A stretch of 64,000 bases of DNA from Macrostomum lignano (taxonomy: Eukaryota). The notes under the pieces were generated by a model. That model was not told where the DNA came from. It did not search any database and saw nothing but the letters and a program-made list of their open reading frames with translations. The stretch spans positions 124,001-188,000 of the forward strand of contig NIVC01001747.1 of assembly GCA_002269645.1 (NCBI GenBank), in the 5' to 3' direction. Made by a program: the position numbers and the translations under genes. Each line of letters begins with the position of its first letter. Positions within the stretch are counted from its first letter, which is position 1. Shown here piece after piece: positions 1 to 12,009 of the stretch.

Positions 1-657
1 TTTCTTGTTGCACAATTAACCAACTTGAAGATAAACCTCGAAGTGCACTTGTAAACCCTGATACTGATACTGCTTCAAAAATAAGGTCTAAGCAAGTGTG
101 AGACCATACAAGTCTATGTTTACTTTGCTGTAGCAACTCAAGCTACTAAATTATTGAACTTCGATCCATATTTGCATAGAAACCTGTCACCATTCATACG
201 GGCTAGTGCGCATCGTGAGAATGAAACAGCCATGCAGCAAGGCAGATGCATGAACTCAAGTTCGCGTATTGAACCAATCGGATTACTAAACTCTGTATAT
301 AACATGCATTAGAAGGCTCCTGTGTAACGATGGAGAGAAAGGCGAATAATTGCATGCTGATGAAGCACAGATGCTGGGAATGAACAGACGGAGAGACAGT
401 CGCACACAGGAGACGGGGAGGCACTGAGGCTGGCAACGAAGGAAAACAGAAGTTTTCTGCTCGCCCTCAGATAGGGGTGGGGGGATTAGGTTTCCCCGGG
501 CCCTCTGAGGCCGAAGGTGACGCTGTGGAGCTCAGAGGCGTGGAGGGAGTCAGAAAAAGTCTAATGCAATGCGGGACTTGGGAGCGCTAAGGCAGAAGAA
601 GCAAAGCAGACAAAAGGCTTTTATTATGATTGATAAAAATACCACTGCCATACTCAC

Positions 658-769
658 CTGCTGAACAAGTCGATGTTAAAGAAAACGTACTCTCCATTGA
701 TGAAGCCCAGCTCTTGAGCTTTGATCATGATCTCGCGAACAGTGTCCGGGTCCGCGCAGAGAACCACGA
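658..769 (-). CDS. Putative first constant exon of a natriuretic peptide receptor / receptor guanylyl cyclase-like gene (ANF_receptor ectodomain)
   Basis: Minus strand: C-rich acceptor ...ccaccccttcAG|TC, then VVLCADPDTVREIMIKAQELGFINGEYVFFNIDLFS, then AG|GTGAGT donor. 112 nt, phase 1 in, phase 2 out. Matches the NPR/rGC motif VVI(L/M)CA...+R.IM..A..LG...GEY.FF.I.LF. Too short for the supplied ORF track. Confidence 0.92.
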
Positions 770-3287
770 CTGAAGGGGTGGGGTGGGGGAGAAATACAGT
801 AGAGACGGTAAGTGTGTTATTACGATGTTCGACTTTGAAAGAAACGTCATAATTACAAAGTGAGATAATAATTTGTTTTTCCTTTTTTGACCCTTAAATT
901 TGTCGTGTGAAAATTGTTTCAAAATAATAAATTATTTACGAAAAATAGACGAATTCGGGCTACAAAAAAAGTACACAAAAGAGAGACTGGAACAGGTGAC
1001 ATTTCGCAGAAACTTTGCTTAAGAACCAAAAGTGCAATCAACCGTGGACTAAATCACACAAACTTGAGAAGGTGAGGCAATCTTAATTCAGTGAAATGCA
1101 TGCAGCCTTTTCCGGAACTTGCACAAATTTAAAGCCTGACGTAGTTTAAAGTGCATCGAATGATAAAGTTGTAAATTTTGATGCAGACTTTGTACTTTTG
1201 AATAAGCATTGGTCCGAACTCGAGTTCTTATCTCGATGTCAGCTTGGTAGCTTAGCCTTCACACTACTAGTAGAGGTACAATGCTCAATATTCACCCACT
1301 GATGGTGCAGCACGAATCAACACAGCCATTCAGTCAGTCAGTCAGCCCAGTCGTATATCACCAGCTATGCAAACTATGAGCACTTAGTGAGACGTAGAAT
1401 TTTTGAATATCGAATGGAAATTCCCTGTAGTAGCTAAGGGCACACACAGACTGTCGGGGCAATTAAATTACCATCTGGCAGTGGGCATGATGGTTGCATT
1501 TTTTAAACCCAACTGAGCTGCAGTGCAAGCAGTCTGAGCAGCTCATTGCAGCAGTTAAAGCACAAATTATTAATGCCAACACCAGTGGAGAGCTAGTGAC
1601 AGAGGACGCGGGGACATCCTAAAAGTGGACGGCAAAATGGTCAATGCATTGGCCTTGCCGTGCGGACAACAGCAAATGCAGAACTTTATCTGGAGCGCGC
1701 ACGGCTGCAAACCCGGCCAATACAGATTTTACTAGCCAAATCAGCTCTCTGCACATGTACTGCATGTAGAGCTGTTAAAAAACTCCGTCTTCCTTCCTTA
1801 CCGCCATCGCCATAAAAAGTGGCTAAGCCATGGTGACCCCTGCTTGTGCCCGGAAGGCATAAAACCGGTACGATACTCGTTAAGTCCTTGTCTATACACA
1901 GCGCGAATCGGCATCATAACATTGGGGAAGCGCCGGAAGACAGTTTTCTAGATAAGTCTCGTTTCTTTTGAAATAAGTGTAGCGTTGGTCTGACTCAACT
2001 GACCAGTTCTAAAAATTGCAGCTGTTAGAGTAAACCCGTACAGTAACGATGTAAGTTTTACATTACATGACGGATAACGACATAGTGTGGGACGATTTCG
2101 CTAAGGCCATTGCGCCACGGTGTTTATAGTATCAAGTTTTTTTGTAGTTTTTCGCCTTTAGAACCCGACTTAATTGCAAACGATGCAGAATAAGCATGGA
2201 GGATGCCTATAAAGATGCTGGCCTGACATACAGAGAAAGGCACGAAATGTAAACATGACGGCCTCAGCTTAAGAATTTGAGCTGGAAGAGAATAAAGCCT
2301 AATCTATGCAGAATTTGAGTGCGTGGGCGAAAATTGCAGAAATTCTCTTCCCTTTGCAAATGGAATTCCGATTTCAGATTAAAAATATAGTTCGGACGAG
2401 TTCTTGCACCGCCTTCAAGAGGCTCATAAATTTTGGATGGCTTGAGTTCCTACACTCTGAAAGAACCCAATTAATATTTCTACGAGACTCGTGGAAGTCG
2501 CTGACCGAATGTCATCGGGGCTTGGATGCAGCCAGTCGTGAACTCTCTTCATCTCTCCTCACTCTGACCCAAAAGATCCCTAAACTGCTCGGCCATCTCG
2601 CTATCGTTGACCCGCGCTTTTTCCGGGAATTAAAAAATCCCAAACGAACTGATTCAATTAGACGCTCTGCCGGTGGGATTTTCGAGAGATTAATTTGCAT
2701 AAAAATATACTTTTCCAAAGATATCTCTCATTGGGCCTAGGAAAGTCAACTAGCCGGGCTGACAGTCAGTGAGTAGATATGAGAGTCACGTATTATTGTT
2801 TTTTTTCTGTCACATCGGTTGCTGCCGTCACTGCATGACGGAGTTGCCGAGCTGGGTGGAGCTGCCCTAGCTCTACCCCCAGGGATTTCTCTGCCTCTCG
2901 TCCTCCAGTGTTTGCCCGAGCCCCCAATTTGTCTCGGTGCCCGAACCCGGTGCTGTGTCCAGAGAGTGAAACTCCATCACGGAGGCTGGACTACTATATC
3001 GGATAGATCAGCTCCACTCGGTAAGGGCCTCTATTCCCGGAGTCTGAGCAAGGAGACCGAGTTTAGCTTTGCCTGGTTCGGCGCCGCACCAATTATGAGC
3101 ATATTATTTGAGCTCGACAGGAGATCGAATCATTCCAATGGGAGCGTTTGAGAAGTGCTTCTTCTTCTTTTGAAGTTACGGCTTGTAAGGGCGATAGCTG
3201 GAAATGGACTTTGAGGACTGCTGCAGCTTCCGCTGAACACTGGAGTAAATATTTGGGCGGCGAGTTCGGGCGCCCCGAAGCGGACTC

Positions 3288-3830
3288 TAAGACAGACACT
3301 GAGACAGACACTGAGACAGACACTGAGACAGACACTGAGACAGACACTGAGACAGACCCTGAGACAGACACTGAGACAGACACTGAGACAGACATTGAGA
3401 CAGACACAGAGACAGACACTGAGACAGACATTGAGACAGACACTAAGACAGACACTGAGACAGACACTGAGACAGACACTGAGACAGACCCTGAGACAGA
3501 CACTGAGACAGACCCTGAGACAGACACTGAGACAGACACTGAGACAGACACTGAGACAGACACTGAGACAGACACTGAGACAGACCCTGAGACAGACACT
3601 GAGACAGACACTGAGACAGACATTGAGACAGACACAGAGACAGACACTGAGACAGACATTGAGACAGACCCTGAGACAGACACTGAGACAGACCCTGAGA
3701 CAGACACTGAGACAGACATTGAGACAGACACTAAGACAGACACTAAGGCAGACACTAAGATACACACTAAGACACACACTGAGACGGACACTGAGACAGA
3801 CACTGAGACGGACACTAGGACAGACAACTA
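3288..3830 (+). repeat. 12-bp minisatellite (GAGACAGACACT)n
   Basis: Direct reading; source of the TDTE/VSVS ORFs. Confidence 0.95.
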
Positions 3831-4369
3831 ACTAGACTACAAAATTGCACGCTAGACTTCCCAAAATCTCTGCCAATTCCCCCAATATAGTTACCCCTTC
3901 ACTGCATTGCAACTCCAATGTATCGAGTTTTAATTTTACCTCTGGGCTAGCCGGGGAGAAATCACTAAATAATAAATAATGGAGTCAACCCTTATCCAGC
4001 TCCCCGAGTGCTCAAGTCGCCAGCCTAGAGATGGAACTGAGTGGAACTGAGTGCGAGTGGAAAAATACGCGTGAAAAATAATTAACTCCCAATTCACGTT
4101 CTAACGAGTTAACCCCCTCGGCCTCGCCCTCAGACCGGCAGCCACACCTTCTTAGCGAAGTGAATCATAAAAATGTTAATAGAAAATATGGATGGAACAG
4201 AGTGTTTGCTTTGGCCAGAAATTAATTGAGAACCAAAGCCAACAAAACATGGGAGGCTCTCTATCTAATTTGCATTAGTTTATTTTGTCTTTGAGAACCT
4301 GCGTCCTATTGTACTTTCCTTCTCTCACCTTTATCGCCTATCTCTCCTATCACTACCGCATTATGCCTC

Positions 4370-4830
4370 ACTATGCCTCTCCAAATCTCACTCTACATCT
4401 CCAAATCTCATCCTGCCTATCCAATCCTATATACTATAAATTCCAAATGTCACACTGCACTCCAAATCTCACTATGACCCTGCTCTATAAATCTCACCCT
4501 GCCTATCCAAATCTTACCCTGCCTCTCTAAACCTCACTCTACCTCTCCAAATCTCACTCTAATACTCCAAATCTCACGCTACTTCTCCAAATCTCACCTG
4601 ATATCTCCGAATCTCACTCTATCTCTCCAAATCTCACCCTGCCGCTCCAAATCTTACCCTACCTCTCCATATCTCACTCTAACTCTCCAAATCTCACTCT
4701 ACCACTCCGATTCTCACCCTACCTCTCTAAATCTCCACCTACATGTACCTCTCCAAATCTCACTCTACCTCTCCAAAGCTAACCCTACTTCTCCAAGTCT
4801 TACTCTACCTACCTCTCCAAATCTCACCCT
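4370..4830 (+). repeat. ~20-bp degenerate minisatellite (CTCCAAATCTCACTCTAC core)
   Basis: Repeated ctccaaatctcac(t/c)ct(a/g)c units. Confidence 0.85.
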
Positions 4831-5264
4831 ACCCACCAAATCCCGTCAAAATATTTTTTGCACCCTATGGGGACACAGAAAGCAAATAAAAATCAATCGC
4901 CAAACTAAAAAGCACTCCTTTATTTTCAGCTCTCCCATCTGCCCTGCCCTTCACCAGAGTTTCGCCGCCTCAATCGCTCAGGTAACCAGTTCAGCCTAAC
5001 TTGCTTGCCGCTAATGAAGGTTTCACTCCTGCCGACTGAAAGCTGATCGATAACACACACCAGTTACATATCCATCAGCACTTATGCTGTGCTTAGTGAT
5101 ACACAGGCCGCTTTCGACTTTAGAGTATGTAGCCTTATAAATAGCTTCGTGTACTTTCAAAAACATTTGGTTATTGGCCTGTCTGTTTCGCAGCATTTTC
5201 TATTAATCAAAACATTATTTTATTCGTTTAGAATTTTCGATTTTTTGAAAATCTTTTATCTGAC

Positions 5265-5385
5265 GGTGTGGAATCTCTCCATCTGAAGGTGGGAATCTCT
5301 CAATCTGAAGGTGTGGAATCTCTCAATCTGAAGGTGTGGAATCTCTCCATCTGAAGGTGTGGAATCTCTCCATCTGAAGTTGTGG
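5265..5385 (+). repeat. ~23-bp tandem repeat (GTGTGGAATCTCTCCATCTGAAG), about 5 copies
   Basis: Direct reading, just inside the intron after cassette A. Confidence 0.9.
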
Positions 5386-5441
5386 ATATCTTTCTTTCTG
5401 CTCACTGCAGCCAGAAATGCTGACACCTCAAGCTGTCTTAC

Positions 5442-5864
5442 GCCGAATCTCATCGCGCATGACTCGAAAGATTTCGCTTTTAAACTGGGCATTGTGCATC
5501 TCGTACTGCAGCCTGCGCACAATGTACTTCTCCTGGACGAAGTGCTTCTCAATTCCGTGACACAAGATTCGACTCTGGGTGACCCCGATCTCATCTCTTG
5601 TGCGCTTCTCTTTCACGTCCTCGTCGGGCAGCTCGATGAACAGGATTGTCTGCACGTCCCTCGGCTTCCAGTTGAATCTCTGGAACACCAGGTAGAGCAT
5701 CTTCTCCACGCCGTCGAAACTGGGGCCGACTCGGATCAGATTGAAATATTCGGCTTTGTCGCGAAGTGCGCTGGCCACCCCGCCGGTGGTGAGTATCGGC
5801 CGTCGGTAGTGCGGCATCCGGTTGTAGCGGGCCACCGCTGCCAGGGCGAACGAGCAGTACGGGC
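5442..5864 (-). CDS. Variable cassette A, exon 2 (NPR/rGC ectodomain)
   Basis: Acceptor ccccAG|GC CCG TAC TGC completes G-PYCSFALAAVARYNRMPHYRRPILTTGG...YFNLIRVGPSF...FQRFNWK...ILCHG...MRDEIR. Ends C|GTAAGA (phase 1). 423 nt; overlaps track ORF 5428..5835. Confidence 0.9.
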
Positions 5865-5865
5865 C

Positions 5866-6120
5866 TGGGGGCGGATTGTAGGGCGGAATAGAGGGCGGAA
5901 TTGAGGGCGGAATAGAGGGCAGAAATGGTGGGCTGAATAGAGGGCGGAAATGGAGGGCGGAAATATAGGGCGGAAATGGAAGGCGGAATAGAGGGCGGAA
6001 TAGAGGGTGGAAACGGAGGGCGGAAATGGGGGCGGAAATACTTTGTAGAGGGCAGAAATGGAGGGCGGAAATGGAGGGCGGAAATGGAGGGTGGAGTAGA
6101 GCGTGGAATAGAAGACAAAA
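5866..6120 (+). repeat. ~12-bp G-rich minisatellite (GAGGGCGGAAAT)n
   Basis: Direct reading; abuts the A exon 2 acceptor. Confidence 0.9.
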
Positions 6121-6689
6121 TAGAGGTCTGATAGGATGCTGATCATGCTTGAAGAGTCCACAGCGTGGTGGACTTTCAGCACGGCAGAGAGGCCAGACAG
6201 TACTTCATGCAGGGCTGATCAGAGGAAGGATGGAGGAGGGAGGGAGAGGCAAAATGCCTTTCAGTCTGAAAGTCAAGCCGCAGTCAAACCATTCGGTACT
6301 TCATTATTAATGAAAGATTGACGCCCCAGCCCGGTTGGCAACCCAGCTTCACCAATCTGATGCGGCATTATGTATTTGCGTATATAAGCTTTTAGTATTG
6401 CCACTAGGGGGGGAACTTTGATCCCCAATAGGATAAGCATTAATTGGGAAGCCGAGAGGCGGATATTGCGGTTTTCTGCGAGGAGGGGGGCGGCGGGATC
6501 CAGCTTCGGGGATGAAGATGAAGGATGCTGCGCTCCCGTAGTCAGCGTAGTCTGTCTTCCATATCTCTTCCTAGATGTTTTAAACCTGATTCCCTCTTGA
6601 GGGAAGATGAAGGAAGACCAGATGCCTAGCTGGGTTTCTTTTGCAGCTGGGGGTCCTCTCTGGTATCGGATGTTTCAAACTCTTGAGAA

Positions 6690-7060
6690 ACCAGAGGGTG
6701 GAAACCAGAGGATGGAAACCAGGGGGTATAAACCAGAAGGGCAGAAACCATTGGGTGGAAGCGAGGGGGTGGAAACTAGGGGGAAAACAAGGGGGCGGAA
6801 ACGAGGGTTTGGAAACCAGGGGGCGGAAACGAGGGGGTTGTAATTAGGGGGAAAACAAGGGGGCGGAAACCAGGGGGCAGGAACCAGGGGGCGGAAACCA
6901 GGGGGCGGAAACCAGGGGGCGGAAACCAGGGGGCGGAAACCAGGGGGCGGAAACCAGGGGGCGGGAACCATGGGGCGGAAACGAGGGGGTGAAAACAAGG
7001 AGGCGGAAACCATGGGGGCAAAAACCAGGGGCGGAAACGAGGGGGCGGAGACGAGTGTTG
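6690..7060 (+). repeat. 14-bp G-rich minisatellite (AGGGGGCGGAAACC)n
   Basis: Direct reading; in the cassette A internal intron. Confidence 0.9.
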
Positions 7061-7150
7061 GAAGGCAAAAAGAGTCCCAAGAAAGACAGTCTGCACAACC
7101 GCAACAACAATTTAATAAATCATAATCAGCAACAACAGAAAGTGACTCAC

Positions 7151-7469
7151 CCAGCATGAGGTCAATCTTCTGCTGCAGAAGCAGCACTCCAAGCACCGGT
7201 GCCACAGAATAGTCGCATTTGCTGTCGTTGGCAATGAGACTGACAGAGTGGCCGTGAAGTAAGTCCAAGGTTGTCACTGTCTCGATGGCGATATCGACCA
7301 CAGGCAGCACCTGCTCCAAACTCATGTGGGACACATTGTGCCGAGCCCTTGGCAGCAGAACTGAGAACTTCAATTGTCTGTCAGACGTTGTCTGTGCCGA
7401 CTTTGTCAGCAGAGCAGTCAGCAGGAGCAGCGACAGCAGAGTCAAAGAGCGATACGAACAAGCAAGCAT
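7151..7469 (-). CDS. Variable cassette A, exon 1 (signal peptide + start of NPR/rGC ectodomain)
   Basis: ATG at 7469 (track ORF starts at an upstream GTG): MLACSYRSLTLLSLLLLTALLTKSAQT signal-like, then FSVLLP...SLEQVLPVVDIAIE...LLHGH...DSKCDYSVAP...IDLMLG. Donor G|GTGAGT, phase 1, splices in frame to 5864. Confidence 0.9.
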
Positions 7470-7650
7470 TTTTTCTGGCTTTCTGCCTTCTTTTAGAAGA
7501 AGCAGAACTATAACTACAGCTGAAATTCTCACTAACTAATCAGCTCATGCTTGCTGGTTTCTGAGGGCGCGGAAGTACTCGATACATTAAAAAAAAGAAA
7601 ATGGCCCTGTGTGTGTGTGGTGTGCCTGATAAACACTAATGAAGGGCCAC

Positions 7651-7660
7651 CATTGGCTGC
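7651..7660 (-). promoter_or_regulatory. Candidate CCAAT box, cassette A promoter
   Basis: Minus strand GCAGCCAATG about 185 nt upstream of the cassette A ATG; fits the NF-Y consensus RRCCAATSR. Confidence 0.4.
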
Positions 7661-7819
7661 TGCAAACCAATCCAATCTCTGGGAGTCTTTCCTCAAATCA
7701 TGGAAACTCCAAAGCTAGACATCTGGGAAGGAAGCAAAGGGGAAGTCGCAGAAATGTCGAAAATGTTAAACCCTAATTTCTAAGAAATTCCTAATTCATT
7801 GATAAAAGAGTGAGATTAT

Positions 7820-8900
7820 AGATTCTAAGGTGAGACTGATAGACGCAGTGGTGAGACTGATAGATCTGATAGATTCAGGGGTGAGACTGATAGATGCAAG
7901 GTTGAGACTGATAGATGCAGGGTTGAGATTGATAGATTCAGAGTTCAGATTGATAGATGCAGGGTCGAGACTGATAGATGCAGGGTTGAGATTGATAGAT
8001 GCAGGGTTGAGACTAATAGATGCAGGGTTGAGACTAATAGATGCAGGATTGAGACTGATAGATGCAGGGATAAGACTGATGGATGCAAGGGTGAGACTGA
8101 TGGAGTGATGGATGTAGGGTTGAGACTGATAGATTAGTTGTGAGACTAACCGATGCAGGGTTGAGACTTTTAGATGCAGGGATGAGACTGATAGACACAG
8201 GGGCGAGACGGATAGATGCAGGAGTCAGACTGATAGATGCAGGAGTTAAGACTAATAGATGCAGGAGTGAGACTGATAGATGCAGGGGTGAGACTGATGG
8301 ACTGATGGATGTAGGGGTGAGATTGATAGATGCAGGGGTGAGACTGAGGATACAGGGGAGAGAGAGATAGATTCAGGGGTGAGACTGATAGATTAGTTGT
8401 GAGACTAACCAATGCAGGGTTGAGACTATTAGATGCAGGGATGAGACTGATAGACGCAGGGGCGAGACTGATAGATGCAGGAGTTAAGACTGATAGATGC
8501 AGGGATGAGACTGGTGGATGCAGGAGTGAGACTCATAGATGCAGGAGTGAGATTGATAGATGCAGGGATGAGACTGATAGATGCAAGGTTGAGACTGATG
8601 GATGCAGGGGTGAGACTGATAGATGCAGGGGTGAGACTGATGGATGCAGGGTTGAGACTGATGGATGCAGGGATGAGACTGATAGATGCAGGGATGAGAC
8701 TGATGGATGCAGGAGTGAGACTGATAGATGCTTGGATGACACTGATGGATGCAGGGGTGAGACTGATGGATGCAGGGGTGAGACTGATAGATGCAGGGAT
8801 GACACTGATGGATGCAGGGGTGAGACTGATAGATGCAGGGATGAGAATGATAGATGCAGGGATGACACTGATAGATGCAGGATTGAGACTGATAGATGCA
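7820..8900 (+). repeat. 21-bp minisatellite (GAGACTGATAGATGCAGGGGT)n
   Basis: Direct reading; source of the RLIDAG ORFs. Confidence 0.95.
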
Positions 8901-9369
8901 CAGTTTCGCTCCAGATTGTGTCTCTAATTCTCCTTAACCCATCCAACAGCCCATTGTGCTCCCAGCAAACACGCTGTCTTGACTTTTCAAAACTCCCTTG
9001 GCAAACCCGGGCATCCCCCGAGATCCCGACGCCTTCTTGCCAGCCTGCGCAGCATCCCATCAATTCTCCCTACACCAAAGTCAGGCCAGGCGCTTTGACA
9101 AGAAAAAAAAGCAGACTCAGGCAAGCTCTGCTGAGAGCATGGGCTTCTCCCTTTTGGGAATTGGAGCTAAAAATTTCTGAATTATATTTGCCGTCATACC
9201 TGCGACATCCCATCTCCCCGCTACCCCAGTGAACGGTGAAAGATGCATTCATCTGAGCCAAGGGAGTTCCATTGTTAGATTAAAGTGCTTCATCTGATGC
9301 ATAGGGTTGACTTTTGTAATGCGTTCCTATGGTCAAGTATTAGATATTTATACACCCTATGAAGTTGTA

Positions 9370-10200
9370 TCTAAAACACCTGACTCTATTAATCTCAACT
9401 AATAACCTAGAAGTCTCACACCTGACTCTACCAATCTCAACTAATAATCTAGACGTCTCACACCTGACTCTACCAATCTCAACTGATAATCTAGAAGTCT
9501 CACACCTGACTCTATCAATCTCAACTAATAATCTAGACGTCTCACACCTGACTCTACCAATCTCAATTAATAATCTAGACGTCTCACACCTGACTCTACC
9601 AATCTCAACTGATAATCTAGAAGTCTCACACCTGACTCTATCAATCTCAACTAATAATCTAGACGTCTCACACCTGACTCTACCAATCTCAACTGATAAT
9701 CTAGAAGTCTCACACCTGACTCTACCAATCTCAATTAATAATCTAGACGTCTCACACCTGACTCTACCAATCTCAACTGATAATCTAGAAGTCTCACACC
9801 TGACTCTACCAATCTCAACTGATAATCTAGAAGTCTCACACCTGACTCTACCAATCTCAATTAATAATCTAGACGTCTCACACCTGACTCTACCAATCTC
9901 AACTGATAATCTAGAAGTCTCACACCTGACTCTATCAATCTCAACTAATAATCTACAAGTCTCACACCTGACTCTATCAATCTCAACTAATAATCTACAA
10001 GTCTCACACCTGACTCTATCAATCTCAACTAATAATCTACAAGTCTCACACCTGACTCTATCAATCTCCTAATTTAATCTAAAAGTCTCACACCTGACTC
10101 CATCAATCTCAACCATTAATCTACAAGTCTCACACCTGACTCTATTAATCTATCAACCATTAATCTAAAAGTCTCACACCTGACTCCATCAATCTCAACC
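9370..10200 (+). repeat. 42-bp minisatellite (CTCACACCTGACTCTACCAATCTCAACTGATAATCTAGAAGT)n
   Basis: Direct reading; 14-aa repeat in track ORF 9359..10072. Confidence 0.95.
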
Positions 10201-10679
10201 ATTTAATTGGCATGTCACTCGTCTAGTTTTATGACTCTCACCCAGCATCCATCAGTCTGACCTCTGCATGCATCAATTCCTTCCTTTATCTTTTTAGAAT
10301 ATCTTTTTTCCATTTATCAGAATAATATAATCAGAATAATTCTCTTTCAAGCAAAAGATTTTTTCTTGACTTAGCAATGAAGATCCTCTTTAGAAAAAAC
10401 TCTGACTTCTTAATCATGTTGAGCACGTTTCTCCTGAATCTTTTTCAGCCTCTCATTACACGGCCCTTTTGAACGAACTCCCCTCGGACCCTTAGAATCG
10501 ATATCTGCAAAAGATTTTAGTTTTATGTCACAAAGAAAGAAAGAAAAAGCCAACTGTGCATTTTTTGTTCATAAAGTACCAACTGAGGAAGATAATACTG
10601 CCCATTTCACGGAAAGCTCGTTTTGATCAGAGTCTTGAAATAAAATTTCGAATTTCATTTTGGTGTTACACTTTTCAAA

Positions 10680-11190
10680 CTATAGTGAATTATGTAAACT
10701 ACAGTGAATTATGTAAACTACAGTGAATTATGTAAACTACAGTAAATTCTGTAAACTACAGTGAATTATGTAAACTACAGTAAATTCTGTAAACTAAAGT
10801 AAATTCTGTAAACTACAGTAAATTCTGTAAACTACAGTAAATTCTATAAACTACAGTAAATTCTGTAAACTACAGTAAATTCTATAAACTACAGTAAATT
10901 CTGTAAACTACAGTAAATTCTGTAAACTACAGTAAATTCTATAAACTACAGTAAATTCTGTAAACTACAGTAAATTCTATAAACTACAGTAAATTCTGTA
11001 AACTACAGTAAGTTCTGTAAACTACAGTAAATTCTGTAAACTAGGGTAAATTCTGTAAACAACAGTAAATTCTGTAAACTACAGTAAATTCTATAAACTA
11101 CAGTAAATTCTGTAAACTACAGTAAATTCTATAAACTACAGTAAATTCTGTAAACTACAGTAAATTCTGTAAACTACAGTAAATTATTTA
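10680..11190 (+). repeat. 19-bp minisatellite (CTACAGTAAATTCTGTAAA)n
   Basis: Direct reading. Confidence 0.95.
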
Positions 11191-11383
11191 TCCAGGGACA
11201 GTTTATCGTACTAGATATTTTCAGATTCTTTGCTGATTTTATTTCAATATTTTCAGTTCACTACTTGGGAGTAGACTAACTAGAAAATGCTCCCACTTAG
11301 AAACATATCTAAGTAGAATATTTCTGCTCTACGAAGCCTCATTTCGATACATATCGGCGCCTTGCGAAATCGATTTCTTTTAC

Positions 11384-11739
11384 CAGAATAATCTGTGCCA
11401 ATTTTCTCGGTGAAAGCGGTGTGCAGGTCCTGATCAGAGAACCGGCCGCCGTAGGTGTCCATGAACTCAGCCTTCTTGCCCATGGCTTGCCATTCTTTGT
11501 TTAAATCCATCATTAGCAGGCTGCAGCCGTCCTTGGTATAGCCATAGTTCCACGAGTACAAGCCGAAGAACCTGCTCCAGTTGTTCGTGATGAAGATTCG
11601 CTTCAGAATCGAGCGCATCAATTCGCCGCTATCGAAGCTGACTCGGGCGAAAATCTTGTTTCTATATTTAATTTTTTCTGGATCGCGGAATGTCGACTCA
11701 ACTGAGCCGATGCTCACGACCGGCTTGTTCCAGATGGCA
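11384..11739 (-). CDS. Variable cassette B, exon 2 (NPR/rGC ectodomain)
   Basis: Acceptor ttctcccgcAG|T GCC ATC TGG AAC (phase 2): AIWNKPVVSIG...FRD...IFARVSF...ILKRIFITNNWSRFF...KDGCSLL...FTEKIGTDYS. Ends G|GTAAAA (phase 1). 356 nt; track ORF 11280..11798. Confidence 0.85.
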
Positions 11740-11821
11740 CTGCGGGAGAATTGTCCATGAATTTCTTTTTTTAATTTTATTAACTGGCTTAGTGGCAAAC
11801 AGTACAGATTAAACGATTTTT

Positions 11822-11859
11822 GGCCTGAGGAAGAGCCCAGAGGCTCGAAACCGGTAGCC
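11822..11859 (+). ncRNA. Minimal type I hammerhead ribozyme, Penelope-like-element type
   Basis: GGC-CTGAGGA(11825-31)-A-GAGCC/CAGA/GGCTC (helix II)-GAAA-palindrome ACCGGT (helix III)-GTA cleavage triplet (cut after 11856)-GCC pairing with GGC (helix I). Confidence 0.72.
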
Positions 11860-12009
11860 CATACTAAATTAATTATTTTTTAAACACGCTGTGACCTCTC
11901 TTCTCTCTCTCTCTACCTCTCTCTCTCACTCTCTCTCTCTCGCTTGCTAAACAAGTAGAAATACCGACACAAAAAATATCAAACCTCATTTTAAAACCTT
12001 ATTAAATCT

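Noticed and set aside
357-395. CTGATGA followed by a small hairpin (hammerhead-like)
   Set aside because: No GAAA immediately after helix II and no helix I/III pairing.
2306-3151. Plus-strand ORFs 2306..2740 and 2819..3151
   Set aside because: No recognisable domain or splice context; may be transposon debris but nothing I can support.
3093-3290. QCSAEAAAVLK...HWND fragment resembling a cassette exon 2
   Set aside because: Motif spacing far too short and no acceptor; likely chance.
4890-5045. Candidate acceptor gctttcAG|TC as an alternative constant exon
   Set aside because: Translation (GRSETFISGKQ...) has no similarity to the expected VVLC strand.
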